A stretch of 64,000 nt of DNA from Terriglobia bacterium (GCA_963695545.1 OY968796.1:2528001-2592000); one strand, 5' to 3'; shown: positions 1 through 10,630, counted from the stretch's first letter. Notes: generated by a model from the letters alone, not told the origin. Numbers and translations: made by a program.

Positions 1-560
1 TCGGCACGCACATGATTCAGTGGTCGAATGAAATTTTCGGCGCCATGCCGGTTTCGGTCGCGGGTTCCGGAGGGATCGATTATTGGAAAGACGGCCGCGA
101 GCTTCCGGACAACGTGCAAGTGGCCTATCGCTATCCGGGCGGCCAGACGCTGAACTTCAGCGCAAGCTTGATGAATTCCTACCATGGCATGCACGCCGCG
201 ATGTGCGGCACCGGCGGCACCATCGTGCTCACGCAGGTCGGCGGCGCGCAATATTTGGAGCCAGAGCCGCCGGTGAGAGGCGAAGCGCCGCTGCCGCCCG
301 GCGTCGTTGCCGGCGCCAATTACAAACCCGAAATTCCCTACGCCGGCCCCGGCGAAAACTTTGCGGTGCCCGAGGGCCTGGAAGCCAACGTCGATTTCCT
401 GGCCGTCCGCTCGTTCATCGATTGTCTCCGCAACAACAAGCGCCCGGAAGTGGATGAGGCGGTTGGCTGGACGTCCGGCATCACCGTCGCCCTGGGCAAT
501 CAGGCCATCGACAAGAAAATGTTCGTGGAATTCGGCCCGCGGGCGCACTTGCCCGCGTAA
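1..560 (+). CDS. Gfo/Idh/MocA-family oxidoreductase, C-terminal part (5'-truncated by window edge)
   Basis: Frame is open from the window start (..GTHMIQWSNEIFG). V-S-V-x-G-S-G-G...D-x-x-x-V-x-Y-x-Y-P-G-G and F-I-D-C-L-R pattern is typical of the Gfo/Idh/MocA C-terminal domain. Confidence 0.65.
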   Translation, partial: GTHMIQWSNEIFGAMPVSVAGSGGIDYWKDGRELPDNVQVAYRYPGGQTLNFSASLMNSYHGMHAAMCGTGGTIVLTQVGGAQYLEPEPPVRGEAPLPPGVVAGANYKPEIPYAGPGENFAVPEGLEANVDFLAVRSFIDCLRNNKRPEVDEAVGWTSGITVALGNQAIDKKMFVEFGPRAHLPA

Positions 561-704
561 TCGGTTCGCGCGATCACGCTGCAGGTGCCCGCGGGGTCGT
601 AACCCGCAGTCAAATATCGTAGAATCCTCGCGCCGTCAGATTCTTCCGGTGGCGGCATCCGGGCGCTCGGCAGTTTTTGATCGAAGCCGTACGGGGAGTC
701 CAAA

Positions 705-2147
705 GTGGCAGTGCCGTCTTCACCTTCCTCTTCGTCGCAGGAAGAAGCTGGCGCGACCTCGTCGGTTTCGCGCGCCGCACCGGGCGGCATCGTCCGCCCG
801 CTCACGAGCCACTTCCGCTGGGTCATCTGCGTCCTGTTGCTCTTCGCCACCACGAAGAGCTATATGGACCGCAACGTCCTCTCCAGCTTAAAGCACACAC
901 TGCAGCCCATCCTCGGTTGGAACGACATTGATTACGGCCATATGGTCGCGGCCTTCCAGCTCCTTTACGCGTTCGGCATGCTCGCCGCCGGCCGCATGGT
1001 CGATCGTCTGGGGACGCGCAAGGCCTTCGCCATCTTCATGTTCTTTTGGAGTCTCGCCGCGATGTGTTACGGTGTCGCCCCCGCGATCGCCGTCTTTGTG
1101 GCGCCGGCTTTCACTTTTCTCCACGGTCTCTGGAGTTATTTCCCGGCGGCTCACGGCACCGTTGCCGGATTCATCGTTGTCGGCGCAGCGATGGGACTGG
1201 GCCAATCGGGATTGTTCCCCGCGAGCATCAAAGCCGTGGCGGAATGGTTTCCCAAGAAAGAGCGGGCGCTCGCCACGGGAATATTCAACGCCGGCACGAA
1301 TCTCGGCGCCGCTCTCACGCCGTTCATCGTTGCCATCATTACAATCCATTTCAAACTTCCATGGCCGTGGGCGTTTTTCATCGTCGGTGGCTCGGGATTC
1401 ATCTGGCTGATTTTTTGGCTCGCCACGTACCGCCTCCCGCAGGAGCACCCGAGGGTTTCCAAATCCGAGCTCGCCTACATCCTTTCCGATCCGCAGGACA
1501 CCGCGCCGAAAACGAAAGTTAGTTTGTCCATCCTTTTGCCGCACCGCCAGACGTGGGCCTTTATTGTGGGCAAGCTTTGCATTGATCCGATCTGGTGGTT
1601 TTGGCTTTTCTGGGCGCCCGACCTGTTCCAACGCCGTTTCGGCATGTCACTCGAGCAGATTGTGGCCCCGATCTTCATCATCTATCTCGTTTCGGATGTA
1701 GGCAGCGTTCTCGGCGGCGGACTCTCTTCGTACCTGATCGCGCGCGGAACTTCCGTAAATGTTGCGCGCAAGACGGTCATGCTGATCTGCTCGATTGCCG
1801 TCTTTCCCGTGATGTTTGCGGTGCGCAGCAATCACGTTTGGATCGCGGTGGCGCTCATCAGCGTCGCCGCCGCCGCGCACCAGGCTTTTTCCGCGAATCT
1901 TTTCACGCTGCCTTCGGACATGTTCCCCAACCGCGCCGTGGGTTCGGTGGTTGGCCTTGGAGGCGCCGCCGGCGGCATCGGCGGTTTCATCATCGCCAAC
2001 ACCGTGGGACACGTGCTCCAGCGCACGGGCACTTACGGAATCCCGTTATTCATCGCGGGCATTGCGTATTTAATTGCTCTCGCTTTCATTCAGATCCTCG
2101 CGCCTCGGATGAAGCCGGTTTCACTGGGCGGCGCGACTCAAGCATAA
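705..2147 (+). CDS. exuT: MFS hexuronate transporter (ExuT-like)
   Basis: About 12 TM segments; RWxI...Y-M-D-R-N-V-L-S and FPASIKAVAEWFPKKERALATGIFNAG signatures; adjacent to kdgK and eda. Confidence 0.85.
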   Translation: MAVPSSPSSSSQEEAGATSSVSRAAPGGIVRPLTSHFRWVICVLLLFATTKSYMDRNVLSSLKHTLQPILGWNDIDYGHMVAAFQLLYAFGMLAAGRMVDRLGTRKAFAIFMFFWSLAAMCYGVAPAIAVFVAPAFTFLHGLWSYFPAAHGTVAGFIVVGAAMGLGQSGLFPASIKAVAEWFPKKERALATGIFNAGTNLGAALTPFIVAIITIHFKLPWPWAFFIVGGSGFIWLIFWLATYRLPQEHPRVSKSELAYILSDPQDTAPKTKVSLSILLPHRQTWAFIVGKLCIDPIWWFWLFWAPDLFQRRFGMSLEQIVAPIFIIYLVSDVGSVLGGGLSSYLIARGTSVNVARKTVMLICSIAVFPVMFAVRSNHVWIAVALISVAAAAHQAFSANLFTLPSDMFPNRAVGSVVGLGGAAGGIGGFIIANTVGHVLQRTGTYGIPLFIAGIAYLIALAFIQILAPRMKPVSLGGATQA

Positions 2148-2229
2148 TGTTGAGTCGCGCGGCGCGATTCTCACTTTCGAGGGCCCATCCGCCAGCGAGC
2201 CGTTCGCAAAAAATCGCCAGGGAGATTTC

Positions 2230-3324
2230 ATGGCTTTAAAGATCAGACCGAAACAGGAAGTTCGCTGGGACATGATCGCGCTGGGCGAAATCATGCTGCG
2301 TTTCGATCCCGGCGACCAGCGCATCTGGACGACGCGCAAGTTCGACGTGTACGAAGGCGGCGGCGAATACAATGTTGCGCGCGGCCTCAAGCGCTGTTTC
2401 GGCCTTGATACAGCCGTGGTGACTGCGTTCGCTGACAATCCGGTCGGCCGGCTGCTGCAAGATTTGGTTTATCAGGGCGGCGTGGACCAATCCATGATTC
2501 GATGGGTGCCCTATGATGGCGTGGGGCGCACCGTGCGCAACGGCTTGAATTTCACCGAGCGCGGCTTCGGCGTGCGCGCGGCGCTCGGCGCTTCCGACCG
2601 CGGGCACACCGCGATTTCGCAGATGAAAGCCGGCGACGTCGATTGGGATCACGTGTTCGGCAAAATCGGCGCGCGCTGGTTCCACACCGGCGGAATTTTC
2701 TGCGCGCTTTCGGAATCGACCATCGAAGTCGCGCTGGAAGCCGTGCAAGCGGCGCGGCGTTACGGCACGATCGTCTCCTACGATTTAAATTATCGCGAAT
2801 CGCTGTGGGCATCGATCGGCGGAAAAAAACGCGCGCAGGAAGTGAACCGCCGCATCGCCCCGTTCATTGATGTCGCGCTCGGCAACGAAGAGGATTTTTC
2901 CGCCGCTCTCGGTTATGCCGTGCCCGGCGTCGACGAGAGTCTCACCGAACTCAACGTCGAAGGTTTCGAGAAAATGATCCAAAACGTGGTGAAGGATTTT
3001 CCGTTCCAGGTTGTCGCCACCACGCTGCGCCAGGCCAAAACCGCCTCGTTCAACGATTGGGGCGCGATCTGCTACCACGACGGAACGTTCTATCAGGCGC
3101 CGCGCCGCGATAATCTTCAGATTTTCGACCGCGTCGGCGGCGGCGATTCGTTTGCCGCCGGCCTCATCTACGGCTTTCTCACGGACAAGGGCGCGCAGTG
3201 GGCTGTCGAATGCGGCGCCGCGCATGGCGCGCTTGCGATGACCACGCCGGGCGATACGACCACAGCCACTTTGAAGGAAGTTCTGCAGGTGATGAAAGGC
3301 GGCGGCGCGCGCATCGCGCGTTGA
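2230..3324 (+). CDS. kdgK: 2-dehydro-3-deoxygluconokinase (PfkB family)
   Basis: GEIMLR, GGGEYNVA, SYDLNYR and DRVGGGDSF PfkB motifs; GGAG RBS. Confidence 0.9.
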   Translation: MALKIRPKQEVRWDMIALGEIMLRFDPGDQRIWTTRKFDVYEGGGEYNVARGLKRCFGLDTAVVTAFADNPVGRLLQDLVYQGGVDQSMIRWVPYDGVGRTVRNGLNFTERGFGVRAALGASDRGHTAISQMKAGDVDWDHVFGKIGARWFHTGGIFCALSESTIEVALEAVQAARRYGTIVSYDLNYRESLWASIGGKKRAQEVNRRIAPFIDVALGNEEDFSAALGYAVPGVDESLTELNVEGFEKMIQNVVKDFPFQVVATTLRQAKTASFNDWGAICYHDGTFYQAPRRDNLQIFDRVGGGDSFAAGLIYGFLTDKGAQWAVECGAAHGALAMTTPGDTTTATLKEVLQVMKGGGARIAR

Positions 3325-3398
3325 CCACGCGCCGGATTCGCGCAAAACGCGCCGAACGCGCTCAGCAGGCAACGACGAGACGGGAGCAAGCCATCTAA

Positions 3399-4061
3399 AT
3401 GAACAGGGAAGAAATCAAAAAGCGCATCATAGAAATTGGCGTCCTCCCCGTGGTACGAGCGTCTTCCTCGCATGAAGCGAAGCTCGCGGTCGAAGCAGTC
3501 TGCGAAGGCGGAATTTCCGTCGTCGAAATTACCATGACCGTCCCCGGCGCCGTCGAAATCATCCACGAACTCTCGAAGTCCCGCGGTTCCGACGTGCTGA
3601 TCGGCGCCGGCACCGTTCTCGATGCTGAGGCCGCGCGCCGCTGTCTCGACGCCGGCGCGCAATTCATCGTCAGTCCGGGCCTCGATCTTCCCACGCTTGA
3701 ACTCGTGCTCGCAGAGGGCAAAGTCATGATGCCCGGCGCGCTTTCGCCCACCGAGGTCATCACCGCCTGGAAAGCGGGTGCGGATTTCGTGAAGGTGTAT
3801 CCGTGCGGAAATGTCGGCGGCGCAAAGTACATCAAAGCGCTGAAAGGCCCCTTGCCGCAAATTCCGTTGGTTCCGACCGGCGGCGTGAATCTGGAAACCG
3901 CGGCGGACTTTATTCTGGCGGGTTCCGAAGCGCTCGGCGTTGGCGGCGAACTTGTGCAGCCGGCCGCGCTCAAGGCCGGCAAGCCCGAAGTGATCACCGA
4001 GGCCGCGCGAAAGTTCGTTGAAATTGTGCAGCAGGCGCGCGCCAGCCGCGAATCGCGATAA
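3399..4061 (+). CDS. eda: KDPG/KHG aldolase
   Basis: VEITMTVPGA, IGAGTVLD, GAQFIVSP, FVKVYP and PTGGVN motifs. Confidence 0.92.
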   Translation: MNREEIKKRIIEIGVLPVVRASSSHEAKLAVEAVCEGGISVVEITMTVPGAVEIIHELSKSRGSDVLIGAGTVLDAEAARRCLDAGAQFIVSPGLDLPTLELVLAEGKVMMPGALSPTEVITAWKAGADFVKVYPCGNVGGAKYIKALKGPLPQIPLVPTGGVNLETAADFILAGSEALGVGGELVQPAALKAGKPEVITEAARKFVEIVQQARASRESR

Positions 4062-4072
4062 GCTCGCGTCGC

Positions 4073-4849
4073 TTACTGGTTCACGCCGCTCGCGAGGAAA
4101 CCGCCGTCGATGGCCAGCGTTTGTCCGGTGATGAAGCTCGCGGAGTCCGATGCCAGGAACACCACGGCTCCGACGTTTTCGTCGAGTCGCCCGAAACGCT
4201 TCATCGGCGTGCGCATCAAGAGTTCCTTGCCGCGTCCCGTGCCGTCGAGGAGCGCCGCGTTCAGATCGGTTCGGAACACGCCGGGCGCGATGGCATTCAC
4301 GGTGACGCCGTACGGCGCCCATTCCACCGCGAGCGCCCGCGTCAGCCCGCCAACCGCCGCTTTGCTTGTGCCGTAGGCGGCGACTTCGAGGAACGCGGCA
4401 AACGCAGTAAGCGATGAAACGTTCACGATGCGCCCATATTTCCGTTCGATCATGTGCCGGCCGAAGACGCGGCAGGAACGCAGCGTCCCGGTCAGATTGG
4501 TGTCCAGGATGCGGTTCCATTCGTCCTCAGGGACGTCGAGCGTGGGCGCGCGTTTGATGATTCCCGCGCAATTCACCAGAATCTCCACGCTGCCGAACGC
4601 GCCCAGCACGGCGTCGCGCAGCGCTTCGATGCTCGCCGTGCTGCCGACGTCGGTCGAGATCGCAAGCGTGCGCCGGCCCAGCGCTTCCACCGCTTTCGCT
4701 GCAGCCGCTACTTCCGCCACGCGGCGTCCCGTCGGCACCACGTTGGCGCCGGCTTCGGCCAGACCTACCGTGAGCGCAAGTCCGATGCCGGAAGTTCCGC
4801 CCACCACCACCGCCGTCTTCCCTGTAAGATCGAGTTTTGGATGGCCCAT
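4073..4849 (-). CDS. SDR-family oxidoreductase (gluconate 5-dehydrogenase/KduD-like)
   Basis: GGTSGIG nucleotide-binding motif, YGTSK catalytic motif, VNAIAPG. Start reassigned to ATG 4849 behind an AAGGAG RBS; the longer ORF-track version overlaps manD. Confidence 0.85.
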   Translation of the reverse strand: MGHPKLDLTGKTAVVVGGTSGIGLALTVGLAEAGANVVPTGRRVAEVAAAAKAVEALGRRTLAISTDVGSTASIEALRDAVLGAFGSVEILVNCAGIIKRAPTLDVPEDEWNRILDTNLTGTLRSCRVFGRHMIERKYGRIVNVSSLTAFAAFLEVAAYGTSKAAVGGLTRALAVEWAPYGVTVNAIAPGVFRTDLNAALLDGTGRGKELLMRTPMKRFGRLDENVGAVVFLASDSASFITGQTLAIDGGFLASGVNQ

Positions 4850-4948
4850 CAATTCTCCTTTTGTCCGTCCGCCGTTGCGGACGCCCCTCACCGGGGTTCT
4901 GGCGCGCACGCGCGAATTTAAATCTGGGAGTAACAGGTCGAACTGAAA

Positions 4949-6157
4949 ATGAAAATTGTCGACGCGAAAGTGATCGTTTGCAGCCCCGGCCGAAACTTTG
5001 TCACGCTCAAGATTGTAACCCAGGATGGCGTCTACGGCTTGGGTGACGCCACGCTCAACGGCCGCGAGCTCGCCGTGGCCGCCTATCTCCAGGAATACGT
5101 CTGTCCTCTGCTGATCGGCCGCGATGCCCGGCGCATCGAGGACACTTGGCAATATCTTTACAAAGGCGCCTACTGGCGTCGCGGCCCCGTAACCATGGCC
5201 GCCATCGGCTCCGTGGATACCGCGCTCTGGGACATCAAGGCAAAAAGTTTGAACGTGCCGCTCTATCAGTTGCTCGGCGGCGCGTCGCGCGATTACGTCC
5301 TGGTCTACGGCCACGCGAACGGCGCCGACATCGAAAAGACCGTCGAAGCCGTGGCCGAATACATCAAGCTCGGATACAAGGCCATTCGCGCGCAATCCGG
5401 AATTCCAGGCGTGGCCAGCACCTACGGCGTGGGCAAAGGCAAAATGCAATATGAGCCCGCCGAAGAAGGCTTGCCCTCGGAAAGCAGTTGGGACACGGAC
5501 AAATATCTAAACTTCGCTCCGCAACTTTTCGCGCGCCTGCGCAAGGAATTTGGCGAAGACCTGCCCCTCTTGCACGACGCCCATCATCGCCTCACTCCCA
5601 TCGAGGCCGCGCGCCTCGGCAAGAGTCTCGAGCCCTATCATCTCTTCTGGCTCGAAGACGCCGTCCCCGCCGAATTGCAGGAGAGTTTTCGCTGGGTCCG
5701 CGCGCACACTACCACGCCGCTCGCCGTCGGCGAAATTTTTAACTCAATTTACGATTGCGAGCAGCTCATCAGGGAGCAATGGATCGATTACATCCGCATG
5801 GCCGTCGTGCACGGCGGCGGCATCACGCCGCTTCGCAAGGTCGCCAACCTCGCCGAAATTTATCACGTGCGCACCGGCTGCCACGGCGCCACGGACTTAA
5901 GTCCGGTGTGCCTAGGCGCCGCCCTGCATTTCGACCTCAGCGTTCATAATTTCGGCATTCAGGAATATATGCATCACTCCGAAGACACCAATCGAGTCTT
6001 CCCGCACGCCTACACGTTCTCCGAAGGCGTGATGCATCCCGGTGAAAAGCCCGGCTTGGGCGTGGACATCGACGAAACGCTGGCCGCGAAATTCCCCTAC
6101 CGCCGCGCCTATCTCCCCATCAACAGAAAACTCGACGGCACCATGCACAGTTGGTAG
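4949..6157 (+). CDS. manD: D-mannonate dehydratase (enolase superfamily, ManD/RspA)
   Basis: [60 protein letters not shown] and HGATDLSPV. Confidence 0.93.
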   Translation: MKIVDAKVIVCSPGRNFVTLKIVTQDGVYGLGDATLNGRELAVAAYLQEYVCPLLIGRDARRIEDTWQYLYKGAYWRRGPVTMAAIGSVDTALWDIKAKSLNVPLYQLLGGASRDYVLVYGHANGADIEKTVEAVAEYIKLGYKAIRAQSGIPGVASTYGVGKGKMQYEPAEEGLPSESSWDTDKYLNFAPQLFARLRKEFGEDLPLLHDAHHRLTPIEAARLGKSLEPYHLFWLEDAVPAELQESFRWVRAHTTTPLAVGEIFNSIYDCEQLIREQWIDYIRMAVVHGGGITPLRKVANLAEIYHVRTGCHGATDLSPVCLGAALHFDLSVHNFGIQEYMHHSEDTNRVFPHAYTFSEGVMHPGEKPGLGVDIDETLAAKFPYRRAYLPINRKLDGTMHSW

Positions 6158-6170
6158 CGCCGAGCGCCAG

Positions 6171-6869
6171 CTACTTAGTGCCGTAATGGTTGGTCACAGA
6201 CCCGCGCACCTGTTTTTGCAAGGCTACGATGTCCGCGCGATGGGGTTCAAGCAACTTCAAATCCTCGTGCTGGACAGCTTCTTCGTCGGCCCACTCCTTT
6301 TCCTGTTCCGCGCTGGCGCCCTCGACGCCGCCGTCGGCGCTGCAGCCCCCGCAAGACGCGGGGCCGATCAAGCCCTCGATCACATCGCGGATGGCCTCGT
6401 AGTGTTTCTGCTCGCCACGCTGCACTGCAATTTGATCGTCGAGTTGCCGGAGCTCCACGCCGCGGCGCAGAAGGCCGGATTGTTCAGGAGTCAGCACGCC
6501 GGTTAGTTTGCCGTCGTTCACTTGCCGAATTAAGTTCAGCGCCGCGCGGTCCCGGCCCGTCTCGTGCGTGATCTGGTCGGCCGCGGCTTTCATGACGTCG
6601 AGGTAAAGATCGATGTCCGCCTCGGTCAGCGGCGTCGTCCTAAGTGCGTTCGCAGCCGCCTGGTCGTTTCCGGAACCCGGCGCCGCCGCGGCTTGTGCTG
6701 GTGTGTTGCCCGCGCCATTTGTCGCGGGTTCGGGCGAATGGCCGCAGCCGCCCGCTAGCGCTGCGCACAGCGCCAGCCCAAGCACCGTCGAAGTCCTGGC
6801 CATTGCCCGGGCCAGCCTGCGCATATCGGTCATTTCAAGCGCCTCCCTCACTTCAGGAGGCTTCCGCAT
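6171..6869 (-). CDS. Hypothetical lipoprotein
   Basis: Hydrophobic stretch ending LAGGC (lipobox-like), then a helical domain with CGGC. True start may be a downstream Met. Confidence 0.6.
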   Translation of the reverse strand: MRKPPEVREALEMTDMRRLARAMARTSTVLGLALCAALAGGCGHSPEPATNGAGNTPAQAAAAPGSGNDQAAANALRTTPLTEADIDLYLDVMKAAADQITHETGRDRAALNLIRQVNDGKLTGVLTPEQSGLLRRGVELRQLDDQIAVQRGEQKHYEAIRDVIEGLIGPASCGGCSADGGVEGASAEQEKEWADEEAVQHEDLKLLEPHRADIVALQKQVRGSVTNHYGTK

Positions 6870-7114
6870 CTCGGGATGCCTCCATGGTCGGCATCCTACA
6901 CCGCAGCGGACGGGCTTGACTACGCGTTTCTAGCCTGCCCGAGGCGTGGCGCGTCGCTTCACGGCAGGTGCCGTATCATACTGAAACTAGGAATGATGCT
7001 CCCGTCGGGCCTCGTACTATGCCTGCTATGCCCCCAGGCACACCAAAATCGTACCTCTGAGCCATTCGCCTGCCCTTCTCCCGCCGCTAATCTCGACAAT
7101 GAAAGAGGGGGCTT

Positions 7115-8050
7115 ATGGCAACATTCCTCGTACAACTTCCCACCACGCTCGCCGTGTCTGTCTGCGCGGCCGCAGCCATTACTTGCGTTTATCTCTTGCT
7201 CCGAAAGCGCACCGCTGCGTCGCGCGTTCGCATTCTTGTGACCTCGAGTGCATGCTTGCTCGCTCTCATGCTGGGCTTCGGCCTCCTGCACCGGCCCCCG
7301 CACGTCGCCGCGAGCCAGACCAACAGCACAGCGGCCAGCCGCGCTGGCCCCGCTTCTCGCACCGCAACGACGGGGAAGCTACTCTCCGTTTCCTCCGCCT
7401 CAAGGCCGGTGGACGCGCCGCGATCCGTGTACGGACACTCGATCGTGAAGGGTGGAATTCACAGCCTCGGCGAATTGCTCGAAGTGATCGCCACCGACCC
7501 GCTCGCCGCGCAGCACTACAAAGGTTTCGACATCACCCGCGCGCACTTCATCCGCCTTGACCACAACATCATGGCCTACGTCTCTTACCGCGTGGATGGA
7601 AAGGGAATCTACTGGACGAGCAAGCCCGAACTGATTATGGCCGGCGAAGAGGTCATCACCGACGGAACCAATTTCATTCGCGCCCGCTGTGGCAACATGA
7701 TTTCCTACGCTCCGCAGAGTCCGGCGGAAACTGATTCCCCGACCGATACCAATACCATCGTCGAAACCTTCACGCCTTTCGCCGATCCGCCGCTTGCCAC
7801 CATCGAAGGCGTTCCGCCAAGCGGCACTCCTGCCGCAGCTCCGCCGGCCGGTAATCCTCCTGCGAGTTGCTGCTCAGGACCAGGATTCTTTCCGCCGCCG
7901 ATTTTCACCACGCCGCCGACGCCCTACACGCCCATCGGTCCGGTCACGCCGCCCACCACCGATGTCGACGAGATCTCCGTGCGCGGCGCCTTTTTCTCGC
8001 TGTTGACCGCGCTCCTGGGGCTCTTGCTTATCCGCAAGCTTCTTCCGTAA
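7115..8050 (+). CDS. Membrane-anchored hypothetical protein with a PEP-CTERM-like C-terminal tail
   Basis: N-terminal TM helices; globular core (YVSYR..YWT..GE..ITDG..RARCGN); Pro-rich linker; VDEI, hydrophobic helix and RK tail. Confidence 0.7.
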   Translation: MATFLVQLPTTLAVSVCAAAAITCVYLLLRKRTAASRVRILVTSSACLLALMLGFGLLHRPPHVAASQTNSTAASRAGPASRTATTGKLLSVSSASRPVDAPRSVYGHSIVKGGIHSLGELLEVIATDPLAAQHYKGFDITRAHFIRLDHNIMAYVSYRVDGKGIYWTSKPELIMAGEEVITDGTNFIRARCGNMISYAPQSPAETDSPTDTNTIVETFTPFADPPLATIEGVPPSGTPAAAPPAGNPPASCCSGPGFFPPPIFTTPPTPYTPIGPVTPPTTDVDEISVRGAFFSLLTALLGLLLIRKLLP

Positions 8051-8078
8051 CGCGCACCTGGGCGCGCCGGCGCGCGGC

Positions 8079-9074
8079 TCACGCCCTCGCGTCGCCGTAG
8101 CCGTTGGGATGCGTGCGGTGCCACTCCCACGCGCTCGCGATGATGCTCTCGAGCGATGCGAACTTCGGAGTCCATCCGAGTTCGCGCTCGATTTTTTCCG
8201 AACTTGCCACCAGCACCGGCGGGTCGCCCGGCCGGCGCCCTTCGATCTCCGCTGGAATTGGATGCCCCGTCACGCGCCGCGCCGTTTCCACCACTTCCCG
8301 CACGCTGAATCCTTTTCCGTTTCCCAGGTTGTAAATCAACGGAGCGCGGTCTTCGAGCGCGCCGAGCGCCAGCACATGTGCCTGAGCCAGATCGGACACG
8401 TGAATGTAATCGCGGATGCACGTGCCGTCCGGCGTCGGGTAATCGTCGCCGAAAATCTTGATGCTCTTATGCTGGCCCAGCGCCACTTGCAGGGTGCGCG
8501 GAATCAAATGCGATTCCGGAGTGTGATCCTCTCCGCGATTGGGAGTTCCGCCGGCGACGTTGAAATACCGCAGCGTGGCATAGCGCAGGCCGCGAAGTTG
8601 ATGGAACCACGCCAGCATCTGTTCCACCATCAGCTTCGATTCTCCGTACGGATTCGTCGGCCGTTTCGGCGCCGTCTCCTCGATCGGCGAGCGCTCCGGA
8701 CTGCCAAACACCGCCGCAGTTGACGAAAACACCAGCTTCGTCACGCCGTGAGCGAACATGGCCTCGATCAAACGCAGTGTGTTGAACGTATTGTTATGGA
8801 AATAAATCTCGGGAATCTGCATCGATTCGCCGACTTCCGCGAGCGCCGCGAAGTGCATCACCGCGTCCACCTGCTCCGCGGAAAACGCGCGCTCGAGCGT
8901 TTGCCCGTCTCCCACGTTTCCTACCACCAACTCCGCGCGTTCCGGCACCGCGCCGCGGTGGCCGCGGCGCAGGTCGTCGATTACAACCACGCGATGGCCT
9001 AAATCGAGCAGCTGTGCCGCGACGGTGCTGCCGATATATCCGGCGCCTCCGGTCACCAGAATGCGCATTCCCAT
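8079..9074 (-). CDS. galE: UDP-glucose 4-epimerase
   Basis: GGAGYIGS, HFAA, FSSTAAV, YGESK, LRYFN and DGTCIRDYIHV. Confidence 0.95.
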   Translation of the reverse strand: MGMRILVTGGAGYIGSTVAAQLLDLGHRVVVIDDLRRGHRGAVPERAELVVGNVGDGQTLERAFSAEQVDAVMHFAALAEVGESMQIPEIYFHNNTFNTLRLIEAMFAHGVTKLVFSSTAAVFGSPERSPIEETAPKRPTNPYGESKLMVEQMLAWFHQLRGLRYATLRYFNVAGGTPNRGEDHTPESHLIPRTLQVALGQHKSIKIFGDDYPTPDGTCIRDYIHVSDLAQAHVLALGALEDRAPLIYNLGNGKGFSVREVVETARRVTGHPIPAEIEGRRPGDPPVLVASSEKIERELGWTPKFASLESIIASAWEWHRTHPNGYGDARA

Positions 9075-9205
9075 TGTGTTTTGCGATCCCCCGTCGTTGT
9101 GAAATGTGCTCCGAAATATGTCCGGCGATCTTGCGCGCGCACGCTTTTCAGGAGCAAACTTCTGTCCCGCCGATCATAGCATCCGGCGCGCGGCGATCAG
9201 AAGAT

Positions 9206-10630
9206 ATGACCCCCGAAGAGTTTCGCAAGCTCGGACACCAACTGATTGACTGGGTCGCGGACTACCGCGCGCGCCTCGCGTCGCTGCCCGTCGCGCCAAA
9301 CTCCAAGCCCGGCGAAATTCGCAAGAAGTTGCCTTCAGATCCCCCCGATGCGCCGGAATCTTTCGACGCGATTTTCCGCGATCTCGATCGCATCCTGATG
9401 CCCGGGCTCTTGCATTGGCAGCATCCCAGCTTCTTCGGTTATTTCCCGTCGAACGCGGATTTAGCCAGCGTGCTGGGCGATTACCTCAGCACCGGCTTGG
9501 GAGTTCTCGGTCTTTCCTGGCAATCGAGTCCCGCGCTGACGGAGCTTGAAGAGGTCACCACCGATTGGGTGCGCCGCATGGTCGGTTTGTCCGACGCCTG
9601 GAGCGGCGTGATTCAAGACACAGCTTCCACCAGCACGCTCGTCGCCTTGATTTCCGCGCGCGAGAGGTCCACGAACTACGGCCTTGCCGCCGGGGGATTG
9701 CAATCATCGCCACAGCGACTCACCGTTTATGTCGCCGCGCACAGCAACAGTTCGGTCGAAAAAGCCGCGCTGCTTGCTGGTTTCGGCCGAAACAACGTCC
9801 GCATGGTGCCGCACGATGCCGAATACGCCATGCGTCCCGACGCGCTTGAGGAAATGATCGCGCGCGATATTGCCGATGGCGCCCTGCCGTGCGCCGTCGT
9901 CGCCACCACCGGCACCACCGCCACCACCGCGTTCGATCCCATCGAAGCCATCGCCGTAGTCGCGCGCAGGAATAAAATCTGGCTGCACGTCGATGCCGCC
10001 ATGGCCGGAGCCTCCATGATCTTGCCGGAATGCCGCCCGCTCTGGCAGGGAATCGAGCAGGCCGATTCGCTGGTTGTGAACGCCCACAAATGGTTGGGTG
10101 CCGCGTTTGATTGCTCGCTTTACTACGTGCGCGACGCGCAGCATCTGATTCGGGTTTTCTCCACGAATCCCAGTTATCTGCAATCCGCCGCCGACGCGCA
10201 GGTGAAAAATTTCCGCGATTGGGGAATTCCGCTCGGACGCCGCTTTCGCGCGCTGAAACTTTGGTGTTTGATTCGCGAGCAAGGAGTGCGCGGCCTGCAA
10301 ACGCGATTGCGCCGCGATCTTGCGAACGCCCGTTGGCTCGCCGCTCAAATCGCCGCCGCGCCCGGATGGCGCGTGCTCGCGCCCGTTCGCTTGCAAACGC
10401 TTTGCGTGCGCCACGATTCTGCGAGCCCCGCGGCGCTTGTTGGCGAAGATCTCGATCGCCACACGCTCGATTGGGTGGGCCGCGTGAATCGTTCGGGCCG
10501 CGCTTACCTCACGCCCGCGGTGCTCGACGGCCGGTGGATGGTTCGTGTTTCGATCGGCGCGGAGATGTCCGAACTCGAAGATGTGCGCGCACTCTGGACG
10601 CTCATGCGCGAAGAAGCCGAGCGCGTCTAA
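9206..10630 (+). CDS. PLP-dependent aromatic-L-amino-acid decarboxylase (group II)
   Basis: MTPEEFRK start, HWQHPSFFGYFP, SSPALTELE, WLHVDAA, NAHKW (PLP lysine) and LGRRFRALKLW. Confidence 0.9.
   Translation: MTPEEFRKLGHQLIDWVADYRARLASLPVAPNSKPGEIRKKLPSDPPDAPESFDAIFRDLDRILMPGLLHWQHPSFFGYFPSNADLASVLGDYLSTGLGVLGLSWQSSPALTELEEVTTDWVRRMVGLSDAWSGVIQDTASTSTLVALISARERSTNYGLAAGGLQSSPQRLTVYVAAHSNSSVEKAALLAGFGRNNVRMVPHDAEYAMRPDALEEMIARDIADGALPCAVVATTGTTATTAFDPIEAIAVVARRNKIWLHVDAAMAGASMILPECRPLWQGIEQADSLVVNAHKWLGAAFDCSLYYVRDAQHLIRVFSTNPSYLQSAADAQVKNFRDWGIPLGRRFRALKLWCLIREQGVRGLQTRLRRDLANARWLAAQIAAAPGWRVLAPVRLQTLCVRHDSASPAALVGEDLDRHTLDWVGRVNRSGRAYLTPAVLDGRWMVRVSIGAEMSELEDVRALWTLMREEAERV

Noticed and set aside
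4850..5449. N-terminal 200-aa extension of the SDR in the ORF track
   Set aside because: It is antisense to manD, and the real start at 4849 has a strong RBS.
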